Source: Selaginella moellendorffii (taxonomy: Eukaryota; Plantae; Lycopodiophyta). From it: a DNA stretch of 64,000 nucleotides. The notes under the pieces were generated by a model. The model was not told the origin of the DNA. It searched no databases and saw only the letters and a list, made by a program, of their open reading frames with translations. The translations under genes were made by a program, and so were the position numbers. Positions 48,801 through 62,623 of the stretch are shown piece by piece; position 1 is the stretch's first letter; each line of letters opens with the position of its first letter. Location of the stretch: the NCBI RefSeq assembly GCF_000143415.4, contig NW_003314414.1, forward strand, positions 153,626 to 217,625, in the 5' to 3' direction.

Positions 48801-51453
48801 CCGCCGCAGTTGTACTCGACAACGCATTTGCCCTTGGAGTCACCCGCTATTGCGTTGAAGACCCAGCTGAGCATTTCCCATGCTGCACCTGGAGCTTTCT
48901 TTGGATTCGAAAGCTCCATAGCCGTCTTCAGTTCCTCAGGCACGGGTAAATTGACCTCCCTCAGATCAATTCGATCGGCTTTGTTGAACGAAGCTGGGAA
49001 GTCACTCCAGTCCCACTCTGCTGCAGGACCAATAACAAGGGCGAGTGTGAAGATGCGGACATTCGTCGGTATCTTCTTCTTAGCCATTATCCCATGGATC
49101 TCCCGCATCTCCTTGCCTTTCAACCGAGCCTTCACCTCGTTCAAGGCCTTCCAGAACTTGTGATAGGATTCGGAGTCGTAGATCATATAGTGGACTGAAG
49201 ATTCCACCTCCGCAAGTCCCACCATTAAGTCAATGATGGAGCTGACTTCGTCTGCATGAGTGATCTCCTCGTTTGTGAAGTCCATCACACAAAAGATGTT
49301 CTTGACCTGCTCATCTCTGCGGGAAACGATGCTCCTCCACCTTTGATCCTCATCCGAATTCACGTATACCCGGTAAGGTTCTCGATAGGCCTCTGCTGCG
49401 GGGTCGAGCTGTTTCTGAAGCCGGCGGTCGACATCCCTCTTAATGAAATTTGGATACTGATCCAACTTCTCAGCTTTACTTTTCGTGGCATCCCGCAGCA
49501 GATCGATGAACTTGGGGGCCCCCTTCACGTACTCGTCGATGTCTTCATTTGACAAGTCCAGCTCTTCCATCATCTCTTGCGTGGTGTCGATGCTCACCCT
49601 CGCCACGGCCACTTGCTCGAAGATCCAATCCTTCAATAGCGCACGAGCTCTCAGAGTCGTGCACAAGTCCTCGTATGTCACAATATGGCCGGGAGTCATT
49701 TTGGTCTTGTTGAAGACTACCTCACCACGTAGAAGAGCATTAGCCACTGTCAGAAGGTCGTCGTCGTCTAGAGACCGCGAGAAACACAAGGCGTTAAGCT
49801 TCAAATCATTGGGCTTCTGGCCGTCCTCCACACCCATTGAGTTTAGCAACTCCCCGTCATGGTACCTCCTTAGCACATCTACCCATTTGTCAAAAACAAT
49901 TTTTGTCGCGAGTAGAATGTTATGGATGCTGAGTGTGTCATTGACCCCCAGTGTTTTCGAGAGAAGACTCGAGAATTCCTGCAATGGAAATGGCGTGAGG
50001 CCACATGCTATGCCACATGCAACGAGGCTTACCTGCCAGGCGCTAGTTGCTAGTGCACGTCCTTGTCCTGGTTTTTGTGGCTTCTTCAGTTGAACCTAGA
50101 GCTTCCGTGTTCGTGCCAATGTCTCGTGCAAACCCGATTTGTAGCACGTTTCTTGCTTGACATTCTGCGCGTGGGAGATGTATATGATAGATCGGAGGGG
50201 TGAGTTGCCTTTTATCAGGCAGATAACTCTTGTCTTGAAGACTTTCTTCACCTCCTCGCCCACCATAATATCCACAACTATCTGTTGCATCGCCAAGCTA
50301 GAATGCTGCCCGGAGACGGCATAGAACCGGATGTTCTGATCGTCCAACACCTTCCTATTGATCAAGTCTGGAAACCTCGTCTCGCCCTTCATTGTTCGGT
50401 AGTAGGGGATCACGTCTGCGATGTCGGGTGTTACTGGACTTGCCAGCATCTTCTGCTTCAGTTTCTCCACCCACTCATCAGATACTAGCCTGTGGTTGTA
50501 TTTGCTTTGGATCTCGATACGGCTCACGTCGATTGTATATACTTTGTTGGAATAGTAACAAGTACTATTATCTGCGACGATTTTTGCTGCCTCTTCTTGC
50601 TCTTTCTGCTCTTTGCGGCTCTTCTTTTTAGTGGGTGTAGTGTTCGAACCCGAGGCAATGGCATCACCGAGTAGCTTCTTTTTTGGAGCAAGAGAGTCGG
50701 ACGTCGGCTTGAGCTTGACCACCCTTTTCTGCTTCGGGGTAGTTTCCATATCGACCCCCTTCCCCTTCGCTTCGCAAACTGGAGGCACTCTCAACGGCTC
50801 AATGTTGGAATATAGTTTTTGAACATCGCCGTAGGTGAGGTCCGTGGATTCCATGTGATCTTCATAGACCCGCAGTGTCTTTGAAATTGTGGGCCTCCTG
50901 GACAACCTCTCCCTAGCTCCCTCTAGGAATTCCTCATAGCCGCTGCCCCCCTCCGGGAAGCCGCTAGGATGTGCAAGGTGGATCTTGAAGGCGGACGCTG
51001 TCTCTACCACAAGTGCCAGTCCATATTCTTGCATGGAACTGCATGGAGTGTCTGTCACTTGGATGAGGATCCCCATGCATTCTTTTCTCCCACCATCTGT
51101 GTTGTACAGCATCAGATCCTCGCCTTCCATCCCGAAAGTCCAACTGGTGAGCTCCTCCCCCTTCTCTGCATCCACATTGACAGTGGCTGGAAGAAGAACG
51201 CAATTCCTTGCCTGTTCAGAAATGCACAACAATTAGAGCTGACAGATGAAAAGCTAGCAGCTGGAAATAACGTGATGCCACACGCCATTCACCACTGCAT
51301 CAGATGTCTTGAGGCTGCATCCTAAGATGGCGTGAGGCTACACGCCATCTGTAACTGGACTGCACTCGAGAGCCCAATCAGTGCATGCCAATGTTGCTAC
51401 TGAATGGCATGTGGCCTCATGCCATTTTCTACTTGGTCTAAAAGACTTACCAT
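45848..51453 (-). pseudogene. Cargo gene copy 2 (ParB-like / MTase-like / acidic / NIF phosphatase)
   Basis: Same exon structure as copy 1. The only obvious lesion is TGG>TAG at 50096-50098. Confidence 0.75.
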
Positions 51454-54334
51454 TTGAAGCCGAATGGAGGCCGTGACAATCGAGGCCGGACTCGCTGGCG
51501 AATGTGCACTGTGTGTGCAGCGGATCGTAGCAACAAGGCTACTCTGCCACTTACAGTTGGAGAGTGGTGCTGAAATCTCCCGGGACGCCAAGTGGGCTGC
51601 GTGTGGGTGGTGGAGTGGGCGGCGGAGTTGGCGGCGAAGTTACAAACTGGGTGTGTCTTGAAGTGGACGCCGATGCACACGAGCGCGATGCGAGCGCGAG
51701 TGTGATGCAAGCGCGAGTGGACGTCGATGCACACGAGAAACCTGTAGAGAAGTGAGCGTGATCGCGAGTGGGAGCGCGATGCGAGCGCGAGCGCGAGTAC
51801 AAAGCAAAATGCAAAACCTAACCTCACACGCGCGAAATGTCACAACGGTTGGTAATCCCGCCACGTCATCATTCCTCGGACTTGGGCGCCACCATTAATT
51901 TCTGGATTGCCGCGCGCATGCAAGCACGCAAAATCCAAAAGAAATCCGCAACGTCATCATTCCTCGGACTGCATGCACGCGAAATCCAAAAGAAAGATCA
52001 TGATTGGGATATCATTTAATACCCTTGCTATATTTATACCATGCATGATTGGATATTCCAAAGCATCTTGTATTTCCAAAAATGGCAGATGTTCAGCTAA
52101 ATAAAGAAATTCTATCTGTTTCTATTTTTCTCTCAAATCAATATTATAGCGTGTGGGCTCATGCAATTTTGAACCAAAGAAACCCAAAAAACGTTGGACC
52201 CAAAATATTTTGAAAAAACCCAAAAAACCCTAAACATTTTAAACCCAAAAATCCAGGCATCCTGTGGCGTTATTCCTTGAATGGCGTGTGGGCGCATGCC
52301 ATTTTCAAGGCCAAATGCTGAATGGAGAAAAATTCCCTTTCAGTGCAAATGCTGCAAGAGGCAGATGCTGAGCACAAAGGACTGTAACTACCTCACATGA
52401 CACAGATAAACTTTTCTCTATTTGGCAAAGATAAACTTTATAGCGTGTAGGCTCATGCAATTTTGAACCCAAAAAATGCACCAAAAAATTCTCGGCGTCA
52501 TCTGGCATTATCTCTTGAATGGCGTGGGGCCGCATGCCATTTTCAGGGGCACATAGGAGTATATTCCTAGGATATTCTGACACGCGCAAGATTTTTTTGA
52601 GTTTTCTGGAGATCCAACCGTTAGATCGCAACTAAATTTTACAGAATGGTATACAATGTCTTTCTTGATGACCCTGCAAAGAAGCATCTCGATCGGACAC
52701 CACATGAGACCACACAAGCCTTACAATGTTTCAGGGGCATTTGCCATAGATCCGACCGTTATTTTGCTCCAAGATTTTACAGTTTGGTGTGCATTGACCT
52801 TTCCATCGAAACTGCAAAGGGACATCACAATCAGATGCGGGATCACAAGAAACTAACTTCACTAACTCTGGTTTCACCAAGATCTACGTAAGGAGTTATG
52901 AAATGAAAGGACCCTCTCTATTGAAATGTGTTTATGGTCCTAGGAGCATTGTGACATATCAAAGGATTTTGCATCAAGTTCTGTATTTGCATGTTTATCA
53001 AGCTACTGAATTACTAAACCCTAAACCCTAAACCCTAAACATGTGGCAAATGCTGCGTGAAGAAAGATGCCCTTTAAGGGCAAATGCTGTAAGAGGCAGA
53101 TGCCGAGCAGATGTATCTCAGGCTAGCGAAGGGGACAAACGAAAGCTAGCTATAAACATAACGGGATGCAAATAGATTACTAGGCTGGTCCTACGAAAAT
53201 CAAAAACCATAATTGAAAACATTGAAAATGCAGAAAGAAAGGTTTATAATATTTTTGAATTTTAAACAATCAAAGGAATGTAAGTAGGGCATGTGTTTGT
53301 AAGTTTAAAAATGCCTCAACCACTTAAATTCCCAAGTAAATAAAGCTGTTTCTATTTTTGGTACAGATAAACTTTATAGCGTGTGGGCTCATGCAATTTT
53401 GAACCCAAAAATGCACCAAAAAATGCTCGACTAGCATTATTCTTTGAATGGCGTGTGGCCTTATATTGCCATAAATGGATGTACACACACAGCATAATTA
53501 TTCCTTTACACGGCGAATAATCTTGGCGCGGATCGCTGACATGGCATGGCAAAGTTCGAATCACTGACATGGCACAGCTGGATCGAGGCAAGGACATGAT
53601 GTGACAAAGTTCAACCTCCGACAGTAAAGTCTAGAAGCTACTCAGTTTGAAATTTGTCAGAGGAATCATAAGATCTGGTTTGTCAGAGGATTTGATGTGA
53701 CGTTCAAGCGTGTGTTATTTTTGAATTCTCGAACTCATTCCTAGGTCTATCATTTTTGTGCGCCGTGTTCTTGGTTCCGTTGAGCGCAGTGAGCGCTGCT
53801 TGTGTAAGCGGCGTTGTGGGCTGTGGTTTATGCGTCTACGAGCGGTTGCGGCATTGCGAGCGCCATTGCGAGCGGCAGTTTATGCGAGTGGCAGTTTGTG
53901 CGAGCGGCGCTACGAGCAGTTGCGGTGTTGCGAGCGGCGCTACGAGTAGTTGCGGTGTTGCGAGCGGCACTGTCTTTGGTGTGGCTACCGCTTCCTCTTG
54001 ATATTCGGCACTTGTGCTTCCTGGTATGTTCACCATGGAATGGCTTAGGACCACATTTAGAAATGGCATGAGGCCACATGCCATCTTGGGCCCTTGCAAT
54101 TTCATGGCTAGCGTATTGTCATGTATGTTTTTACTTGCCTGCAGCTGTGTGTATATCAAGATGGCATGAGGCCTCATGCCAATTTTGTGAATGCGAAATT
54201 TCACGTGGGTGTTAATAGCATGTTTGAATAATGGCATGTGGCCTTATGCTATTGAGGTTGTTTGGTATGTTATGATTTAGGCCATTCTCCAATCATTTTT
54301 TGTATGGTCTTAACTTCTTTTCTGCACTTTCAGA

Positions 54335-57300
54335 ATGGCCTTCAGGGTTGGGGAAAAGGTTTACATTTTGAATGGTGGGAAGAGAGTTGCAAAAGGGACC
54401 CTTGTGTCTATGGATCGGAACTTTGTTATACACTGTCAAAGGTTTAGGGAAGGCAATGCTGCTGTATCAGTAGAGACTGTCTTCGATGGGAATGTGGTCG
54501 CTATTGAACAAGGAGAGATGGTCGTCGGGGTAAATGTTGTTGTTGCCTTGAAAAATCTTCAGAAGAAAGCAAATGTTGGAAACAGCGCAAGTGCGACGCA
54601 TGTTCCCTCCGTGGATCTTAAGAACCGTGCTATATGGATTCAGGCGAAGGTGTTTCTAAACAACCCCGAGGGGGAGGTGGTAGCTGAGGGCTTAGCCACA
54701 GTTGTCGATCCAAGAGATGCGGTTGCTAATCAAGAATTGGGTTGGGATGATATTGGAGTTGCAATTTTAGAGGTTGTTGACACAGAAGAAAACAGTCTGA
54801 CTATTGGAAGCATTGTGCGGTGGAAATTGAGGCACTTAGTGTTTGAGAATGTGAAGGATTCACAATCAAACACCACTACAACTGATGACAGAACATCTCT
54901 TCATGGGAAAAGAAAGTACACCTTCCTAAAGCGCAGCCAAAGGGATCTGAGCAACGAACCGAAAAGGCAGAAAATGGCGATGGAGGTTCGAATGGTCTCG
55001 ACAGTTGCTTGTTGCAAGAGGAGGTGCTGTCAACATGCTGATTGGGATGCTATTGAAGAGGAGAGAGCAAGATACAAGACATTGTCCTGGAAGGCAGCTC
55101 GCAATTTTGTGTATGAGGCATTACGGTCATCTGTTGATGCTTCAGAACATCAGGTGGGGGGCATGGTCTTCCAGAGGGGTTTGGTCTGCATGAAGGCATG
55201 GAGAATCATTTATGGAGTCCCTCGAACCACATTCTACAGAATCAAAACTGAGTTCGAGGAACAAAGGGTTCAACAGGCAGTCCATGGGAACGACGGTACG
55301 CACAAAACTAGGGGTCATGTTGTATATGGAGAGGCAATCTTCAAGAGGTTTGTCGAGACATGTAGCGAGCAGCAACCACATAAAACCCGCCTCTTGGAAG
55401 ATGGAACACGAGACACCCAACGAGTTCTCCCTTCCATGTATACCAAGGGGGCTATATTGGAAGATGTGAATCGGGAACTCCAGAGTAATGGCTACAGGAA
55501 GCTGAGCCAATCTAGATTTAGTAGATTGTGGAGCAACAGGTTCAGGGATGTGAGTATAGGAAAGTACTCCAGCTTTTCAAAGTGTGACGAGTGCACTGCT
55601 ATCAAAATGGCTTTGTCGAAGAATTCTTGCAGCGCTCAAGAGCAAGAGACGTTGGTTAGAAGGCGGCTCGACCACAACATCGAGCAGAGAAGCTGCAGGA
55701 CTGCATATTATCATAACAGGATTCTCTCCATGGAGAGACCTGACTCTTACCTCTGCATCATCCACGACAAAATGGACCAGAAAAAGACGTGCTTACCTCG
55801 ACTCAATCCTGCCCCCAAGGCAATCTCTTCATCCATGCAGCTGCCTGTGTCTCTGTTTGGCATAATCGCTCATGGGCATGGTGCCTAGAACTATGGGAAC
55901 TTCTTTGTACCTCTATGGGGTGGCGGGGGTGCAAACATGATGATTGCGTCCCTAGCAAAACACTTAAGGTCTCTGCAAAGTGCGCAGACTGAGCTGAACG
56001 GCCAACCCTTGCATAAGGCCCTTGTCGATCGAACCCCATACAGGGTTCAGCTGGAGGAGGAGCAAAGGCTTGCAGTATCGCGTGGGGCCCCATGCCATCC
56101 CAGTGAATATGTTGGCCGTCAGATTGTAGGGTTATCACGTGAGGCCTCATGCCATTCCGACGAGGCTGGTCGCCCGGTGAATGCACAGCCTCATCCAAAC
56201 GAAGCAGAATCTCAAGGAAGTTCTTGCGGCTGATGTGGCCTTCCACCCCATCTTCTCCTCCAAACAGACATTGCTGGCAGTGAGAACAAAAACATGTACG
56301 TCTTCACGTACTTGGCTTTCTCATGGTTGGGCACACTCAGCAAGACGTCATTGCCATGTTCAGTCACCTGGCAGAGTCCCTCTGGCGATTCAATGTCCTC
56401 ACCCTCCCACAACTCTACGATGAATTCCAAAATTGCATCAAAGGCACCCTCCCACAACTCTACGATGAATTCCAAAATTGCATCAAAGGCACTGTTGAAG
56501 CTGCACTTTTGACAGAGGTTCCAGACTTTAAGGGGTTTGTAAGAGGCTACATCAGGGACGGATCCGAAACGCTGATTGGCCACTCTAAGCCTCTTCAGTT
56601 TCATTTCAGCATGTGTGACGGTGCTCCAGTGATGAGGTACAAGATGAGAGAATGGGACACAGTGTGGCTGCCAGTGGACGGCATTGAACTCTTCAAGAGA
56701 GATCCCATAACTGGGGAACCTATGATTCCTCAGGGTTCCCCACGGCCGATGCACCCGGATGGACTCAAAGACCAGGAAAGTATAGTGGCCGGGATTAGAC
56801 AGCATATTGCCTTCTGGAAGAGGGGGTTGGTGTTTGGTGGAGAATCCTATTTTCAGAGGTGCAAGCCTTTGCTCGAATACTGGGAGAAGATTATATCTGC
56901 TATCCAAAATGGGCCGGTTGTATATGAAGAATTGGAAGAGTCCTTTTGGCCAGAACCCAGAGCACCAGATAGTAGCGGAACAATGTCCTCTGGAAATGCA
57001 GTGACAGATAACGATGTTGAGGATCACTATTGTGGGCCGAGGAACAAGAAGCCGGATTCAGCATTCAATCCAGTACAGGTCTGCAAAGGAATGGTCGTGC
57101 TTGTCAGACCCAGTAATAAAAAACAAATAATATGGGTGGGGCGCTGCATCACTGATGCAGAGGAGGACGCAGAAACTAACTCCTTCAATGTAACTGTGGA
57201 GTGGTTCAAGCCAAGTTCCGGATATACGAACGATTGCCTAGAAAAGAGATGGGTGCTGAATCCAAGGGATCCCAGCATGAGCATATCGGTGGATAATGTT

Positions 57301-57405
57301 GTGCATGGTTGGATGCGGAAGCAGAGTGCCACCATCACCTTGCCAGACCATGCAAGAGATGCAGCAAGAGCATTCATAACCCGGGTTCAAGGTGAGATTC
57401 ATTAA
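54335..57405 (+). pseudogene. Transposase copy 2, multiply disrupted
   Basis: Stops at 55886-55888 and 56231-56233, a deletion near 56315 removing AMLVAKGIFETVTL, and a ~45-bp tandem duplication near 56400-56490. Confidence 0.85.
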
Positions 57406-59010
57406 TATTCCTTTACTAAGTTTCTAATGTATTTTATTTCAAGGTGAACAATCCGAATCTGAATCAGAGGAGGCGTGATGGCATGTGGCCTTACGCCATT
57501 CCTAGGTGAGATGATACAAATAACAAGTATAAATTCTTAGTTGTTCTAGCAAATCTTACTTAAAGTTCAAGGTGAACAAGCCGAATATGAATTCATCGGA
57601 TTGTTATAACAAATTGCGAGGTGATGGCATGAGGCGATACGCCATTTGAGAGTGGTAGCCATTCCTATATGAGGTGAGTGAAGTATTTATTAGAAATACC
57701 TCATTCAATTGTGCACTTCTAAGTCTTGGTCCACTTAGTACTGTTTGCATGTTTTTAATTTAATTCTTTCTCTAAAATGTTATTTAGCATGTGGCTTCAT
57801 GCCATTGCTCTCCACAATCATGCATCGAATTTCTATCCTTGCATAATACTTCTCCATATATATAGCATGTGCGCACATGTGATATGGTTCATTAGGCCTG
57901 ATATAGTGTGTGAGGTAAAACAAAGATGATGTGACATATGCATTTACCAATCACACGTGCATAAATCTAATAATATGGCGTGTGGCCCATATTAATGGCA
58001 CATAAACCCATATTGTGGGCTTACGTGCTTTATGTACCATCATTCCCTTGCAGCGTGTGTGTTGGTTTCCTTTTATAACACAACGAACTCCATATTTTAG
58101 GGTGAAGAGCGTTCTCATGGCAAGCACAAAATCTGTAAGTGAGGCAGAAAAGGAGACGGAGAAGGAGAAAGGTGAAGATGTAGAATATATAAGTCTTCCA
58201 AACTCCCCGTACTATACTCCAGGTGATCATTTTTCTGAACAAACGGCAACATTAACAACTATCGAGAACGCCCCAGTAACGTCAGAGACAACAATCCAAA
58301 GCAAAACAACTGACCCGGAGAAGGATGATAGTACCGCTGAGAGTACCAAAAAGGAGGTGTCCACTAGCACTTAGGCTTATAATGGCGTGTGCCCTCATGC
58401 CATTTACTTGATCACCAAATACCTTTTTCCCTTTGCACTAGTATATCTTAATACCGGTCTGAGAAATAGAATGGCATGTGCCCTCAAGCCTTTTACTAAA
58501 TCACCTTTGAAAGAAATGCAAGCCTCTATGTCGTAAAAAAAAGGTACTAGAGAAATTCCTTAATAATATGAATGTTATTTAGTTTCATGAAAATACACTA
58601 AGGGTCAAATGAGTTAAATGACTTCTCCAGACTAGCAATGCCTCTTGCTACACCTTCACAATTAGATTCGTTAGAAAAAGATAACATTGAATAATATCTA
58701 AATGTTCTCACCATTAAGTTATATGTCTGGCTAATAGGAATGATGTTCATCTTGGAAAGCTCACCACACGCTCAATGAACAAACAAATAGTGTGTGCGCG
58801 CATGCCATCGCTCTTCTTTAGCTTCAGATTCGGCTTGTTCACCTTGACAATGAGATTTATTATACAACTAGATGGACTCAGTCTGGACATAAGGTCACCG
58901 CGCTAGTCACCATGCCCCAGATATGTCTAGCCCCTGGACAAAAAACATATAATTTCACGTCATTTTCAAATACTTGAAAATTTGTACCTAGTCCCATTTT
59001 ACTGAATAAA

Positions 59011-59029
59011 TCCCACTTTAACGAAATAG
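59011..59029 (-). repeat. Right terminal inverted repeat, copy 2
   Basis: TCCCACTTTAACGAAATAG followed by AGCT. Confidence 0.9.
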
Positions 59030-59033
59030 AGCT

Positions 59034-59700
59034 TTAAGTCTCTAACATTCAGAATCTTAACGACATCTAATGATACTTTGCGAATTGTGACTTTCCAACC
59101 TTTCATGCTTTGCAAATGTATCTTTATGGTGCAATGTTTGTGGTGTTGACGGATCACAAACCACTTGTACATCTTTTCACACAAAGGAATTGAACACTAG
59201 CCAAGCTTGTTAGATGGTTAAACTCAGAGAGTTTGGGGAGTTTCTTATTGAGCATTGTCTGGGAAAATTAAATGTGGTGGCGGATGCTTTATCTTGTATT
59301 CGTCATGTGATAGCGTTACAAAAACAATTTTATCATCATTTGAGTAAGGTGGTTAGCAAGTTTGGGCAGTTGATTGCGCATGCTCAAGCTCAAAATGCTG
59401 AGGTGGTCTCTTTGCAAGACTAGATGGAAGCCCCTTTCTCATTGGTGGATGGGATTCTCTACTACAATGGCCATGTATATTTGCCATAAGTGGATGCGTT
59501 AATTACTCAAGTTTTATTCCACTATCATGATCATTCAGAACCTAATCATTTTGGGGGGAAGAAGACGTATAAGTTGATTAAGCACAATTTTTATTGGAGG
59601 AATATGAAGGCTAATATCCTCAAGTATTGTAAATCATGTGAGCTTTGTCAGCAGGTTAAGATGCCACGGGAGAAGCTAGGGGGACTTTTGGATTGGACGG
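59034..59700 (+). mobile_element. Ty3/Gypsy RNaseH/integrase remnant (right of transposon copy 2)
   Basis: TDHKPL, GKLNVVADALS and HDH...HFGGKKTY...FYW..M...I.KYCKSCELCQ (integrase HHCC). Confidence 0.8.
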
Positions 59701-60149
59701 CTGTGGGGGTCTGGCCCTTTGTTTTTATATATATAGATTACTTCCTTAATTTTTCTTTTAGAGTGGAATATAATATTTATTATTTTGATATTATTCTAAT
59801 TTAGTTTTGAATGTAATAAAATTATGACAGTATTTGCTAGTGATGAAGGTAGTGGTGGCAATGGCAGTGAAGGTGTGGTAGTGGTGAAATAGGGGTGGAT
59901 GTGGAATGGAGCCATCTGGTTGCAGAGCTGGCAATATGGACAATTGTTGCTGTGGATATCTCAATTTAAAAGTTAAATTGGTTATTGTCTTGGACCTCAT
60001 CTTCCTCATGTCTTGTTCTCTTTGATCCAACATCTTTATCCTTTTGTAATTGTTTTTGTTTCTAAGAAAAGAAAAGAACTCATTAAAAAGAAAAAAAAAA
60101 GAAGAAAAATGCATAAGTGGTCATGTGGTGGTTGTCTACATGTACACCA

Positions 60150-61110
60150 CTCCAGTTGGCGGCCCTAACTGATTCAGCACGCATGGGCCTCTGTGGCCCA
60201 TTTGCTGCCCGTGGCACACTGTGGCCCAGGAGCTCGAGCGGGCCCGATACACCGGTGAATTGGCCACTTGCGGGTGAGTCAGCCCACATGGGCCACGGCA
60301 TGGCACAGGTGGCAGACGGTTCATTGTGGAGGACAGGTTGAACCAACCTGTCCTGCACTGGCCGAGGCGGATATGGTGGGCTGGTTCACCGGCATACTAG
60401 GCCCACCCGAGCTCTCGGGCCACAGCGTGCTGCGGGCGACAAATAGTCTCCAGCGGCGGCCGGGTCAAACTGGCCCATCCTGTGTGGGCCGAGGCAGGCA
60501 TGGCAGGCTGGTTCACTGGAGTATTGGGCCCAGCCAAGCGCCTGGGCCACCTGTCCTGCATGGGCTGAGGCAAGCACAGCGGGCTGGTTCACCAGTGTAC
60601 TGGGCCCAGCTGAGCACCTGGGCCGCCCATCATGCGTGGGCCAATGCAGGTGTGGTAGGCTAGTTTGCGGGCCTAGCCAAGCGCCCAGGCTGCCCATCAT
60701 GCGTGGGTCAAGGCAGGCAAGCAGGCCGGTTCGCCGACGTACCAAGCCTGGCCAAGTGCCCGGGCTGCCTGGGCCACAGCATGCCATGCGAGGCGGACGG
60801 GTGAGGATGGCATGCCATGCAGCATGATGCTGTGGCTGCTATGCCCTACCTTGCAAGACGCCACGGCCCAGGTGCCCCATGTGGCATGTTGTCCTAGCCA
60901 AGCATGGTTTGCCGGTGTACTATGGGCCACAGTATCGTGCCGGGCAAAGTGAGGCAGCTGCAGTGTTGTGCCGTGCGGCATGCCATCTTGGCCTGTACGA
61001 GCCATGTGGCACAACACTGCAGCCCACATTTGCCAACACTGGTGCTACTGCAGCTTTTCCGCCCCACGTGGCACGGCCCCACAGCCCACATGTGCCATGT
61101 GGCATGTCGT
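60150..61110. repeat. GC-rich degenerate repeat region
   Basis: Recurrent CTGGGCCAC, GCCGAGGC, GGTTCACCGG and GGCATG units; no credible ORF. Confidence 0.5.
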
Positions 61111-61579
61111 CCTAGTCAAGATGAACCTTGCTATTGCTCTTTGAGTAGCTTGGTGTAAGATTAGTTTTGAGTTTCGATGGAAAGAAAGTGGCATAAACTT
61201 ATTTGTGTTGTGAACAAAAGTTAATGGTGTTCGGTGTTGTAAATCTCTATTGATGGGGTTTGGCATTTATGTTGCATTTTGTTATATCAAGTGCCAACTT
61301 GATGCTCACATAAAATTTTGAAGTAACAATATTGCTCAATTGACGATCAAGTAATTATGATTTTTATATCATATCCATGTGATAGTGACCAATGTGTTTA
61401 CGAAGTTGTTTGGTTAAATGATGATCAACCCTAACATGGTTGATAGTGAAGATGCCATTCTTGAGACTAGTAAGCAACAAGTCTAGAATAGGACTTATAT
61501 GGAGGTTGTGAGGAGTCTTACTCACAAAGATTAAAGTAGAATGGAAAATTTAGTCCCTTACAACTAGTGATCTAACACT

Positions 61580-62623
61580 ATCTACATCACAGTCCTGTCT
61601 CTCAAAGACTAGGCTATCTATCCATGAATGATCATCCCAAATCCACTTTTTAACATCCTTAGAATGCCTGCAAACATAGGGAACAATTGCTTCAGTATCC
61701 TTTTTTGGTCCCTACCAAGTTTTTTTCTGTCCACAACTATGTTCACCAATACTACCATTTGGTCAAGGCCCACAAGCCGGACCACTATGTCTCATTAACC
61801 TCTGGGACTTCCTCACCATATGACCATATCCTTGGTCTCTAAAGGACTTTAGGACAACATTTTGGAACACCATGGCCCTACACGAGCCTTATGGGCATCT
61901 TTTGCCTTAACTTGCCCTAGCCATGGGGCTAGAGCAAAGTTCCAATGAGCCACGCTAGGTATCCAAGTAGGTAGTGCCACCCACACTTGGATTGGGAGCA
62001 TTGACCATCTGATCCCTTGGGGAGCTGGCTCTTGAACACTTCACCAAGTTATCCCATTTGTCTATCCGTATTCACTCTAGCCTTGGACTCTTTAATGGTT
62101 ATATCATCACTCAACACATGGGTATAGCATTCCGTGGTCACATTAGTCTTTCCTGTTCCACTAGAGTCTAACCCCTACACACTTTCCCTATTATACTTTT
62201 GGAACCTCCTACAACCCCTCCCCCCCCCAAGACTTCCCAGTGGTTATCTCATCACCCAACACTTGGGTGCAGCCTTCCTAGGCCAAATTGGCTCCACTAA
62301 GGTCCAATTTAGCCTGGTGGAGCCCAGTGCAACCCCCCTTGTAATACTTTTGGAACCCCCTACAGCCTCCCCTCCCCCCCCGGGGGGATGATCGCTTTGG
62401 GCTTTCACCCAATAGCCTGTATTAGTATTCAGACTTGGACTCGGACTTGGACTCAGTCTCGATCTCGGTTTCGAACTCAGACATGGTTTCGGACTTGGAC
62501 TTGGTCTCGGAGACTCGGTCTCGGTCTCGGACTCCCTCTCGGGTTCGTCTCAAACTCCATCTTAGGTCCATCTCAAACTCCATCTCGGATTCCATCTTCG
62601 GTCCATCTCGGACTTCATCTTGG
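61580..62623. mobile_element. Older diverged LTR of the same family; a short inverted LTR-end piece lies at ~61450-61562
   Basis: Similar to 16600-17600 with many substitutions; ends in a GGACTC/GTCTCG array. Confidence 0.7.

Larger units (their letters stand above)
45411..59029 (+). mobile_element. Large DNA transposon (DUF7869/Sola-like), copy 2, complete (13,619 bp)
   Basis: Left TIR CTATTTCGTTAAAGTGGGA (45411-45429) is the perfect reverse complement of 59011-59029. AGCT flanks both sides (45407-45410, 59030-59033). The element interrupts a Gypsy remnant (gag on the left, RNaseH/integrase on the right). Confidence 0.92.

Noticed and set aside
1-59029. Copies 1 and 2 as a segmental duplication or giant LTRs
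   Set aside because: Identity stops at the TIR, copy 2 has its own TSD, and copy 2 splits a Gypsy remnant.
60117-61158. Cluster of overlapping GC-rich ORFs
   Set aside because: Degenerate repeat DNA with no coding signature.
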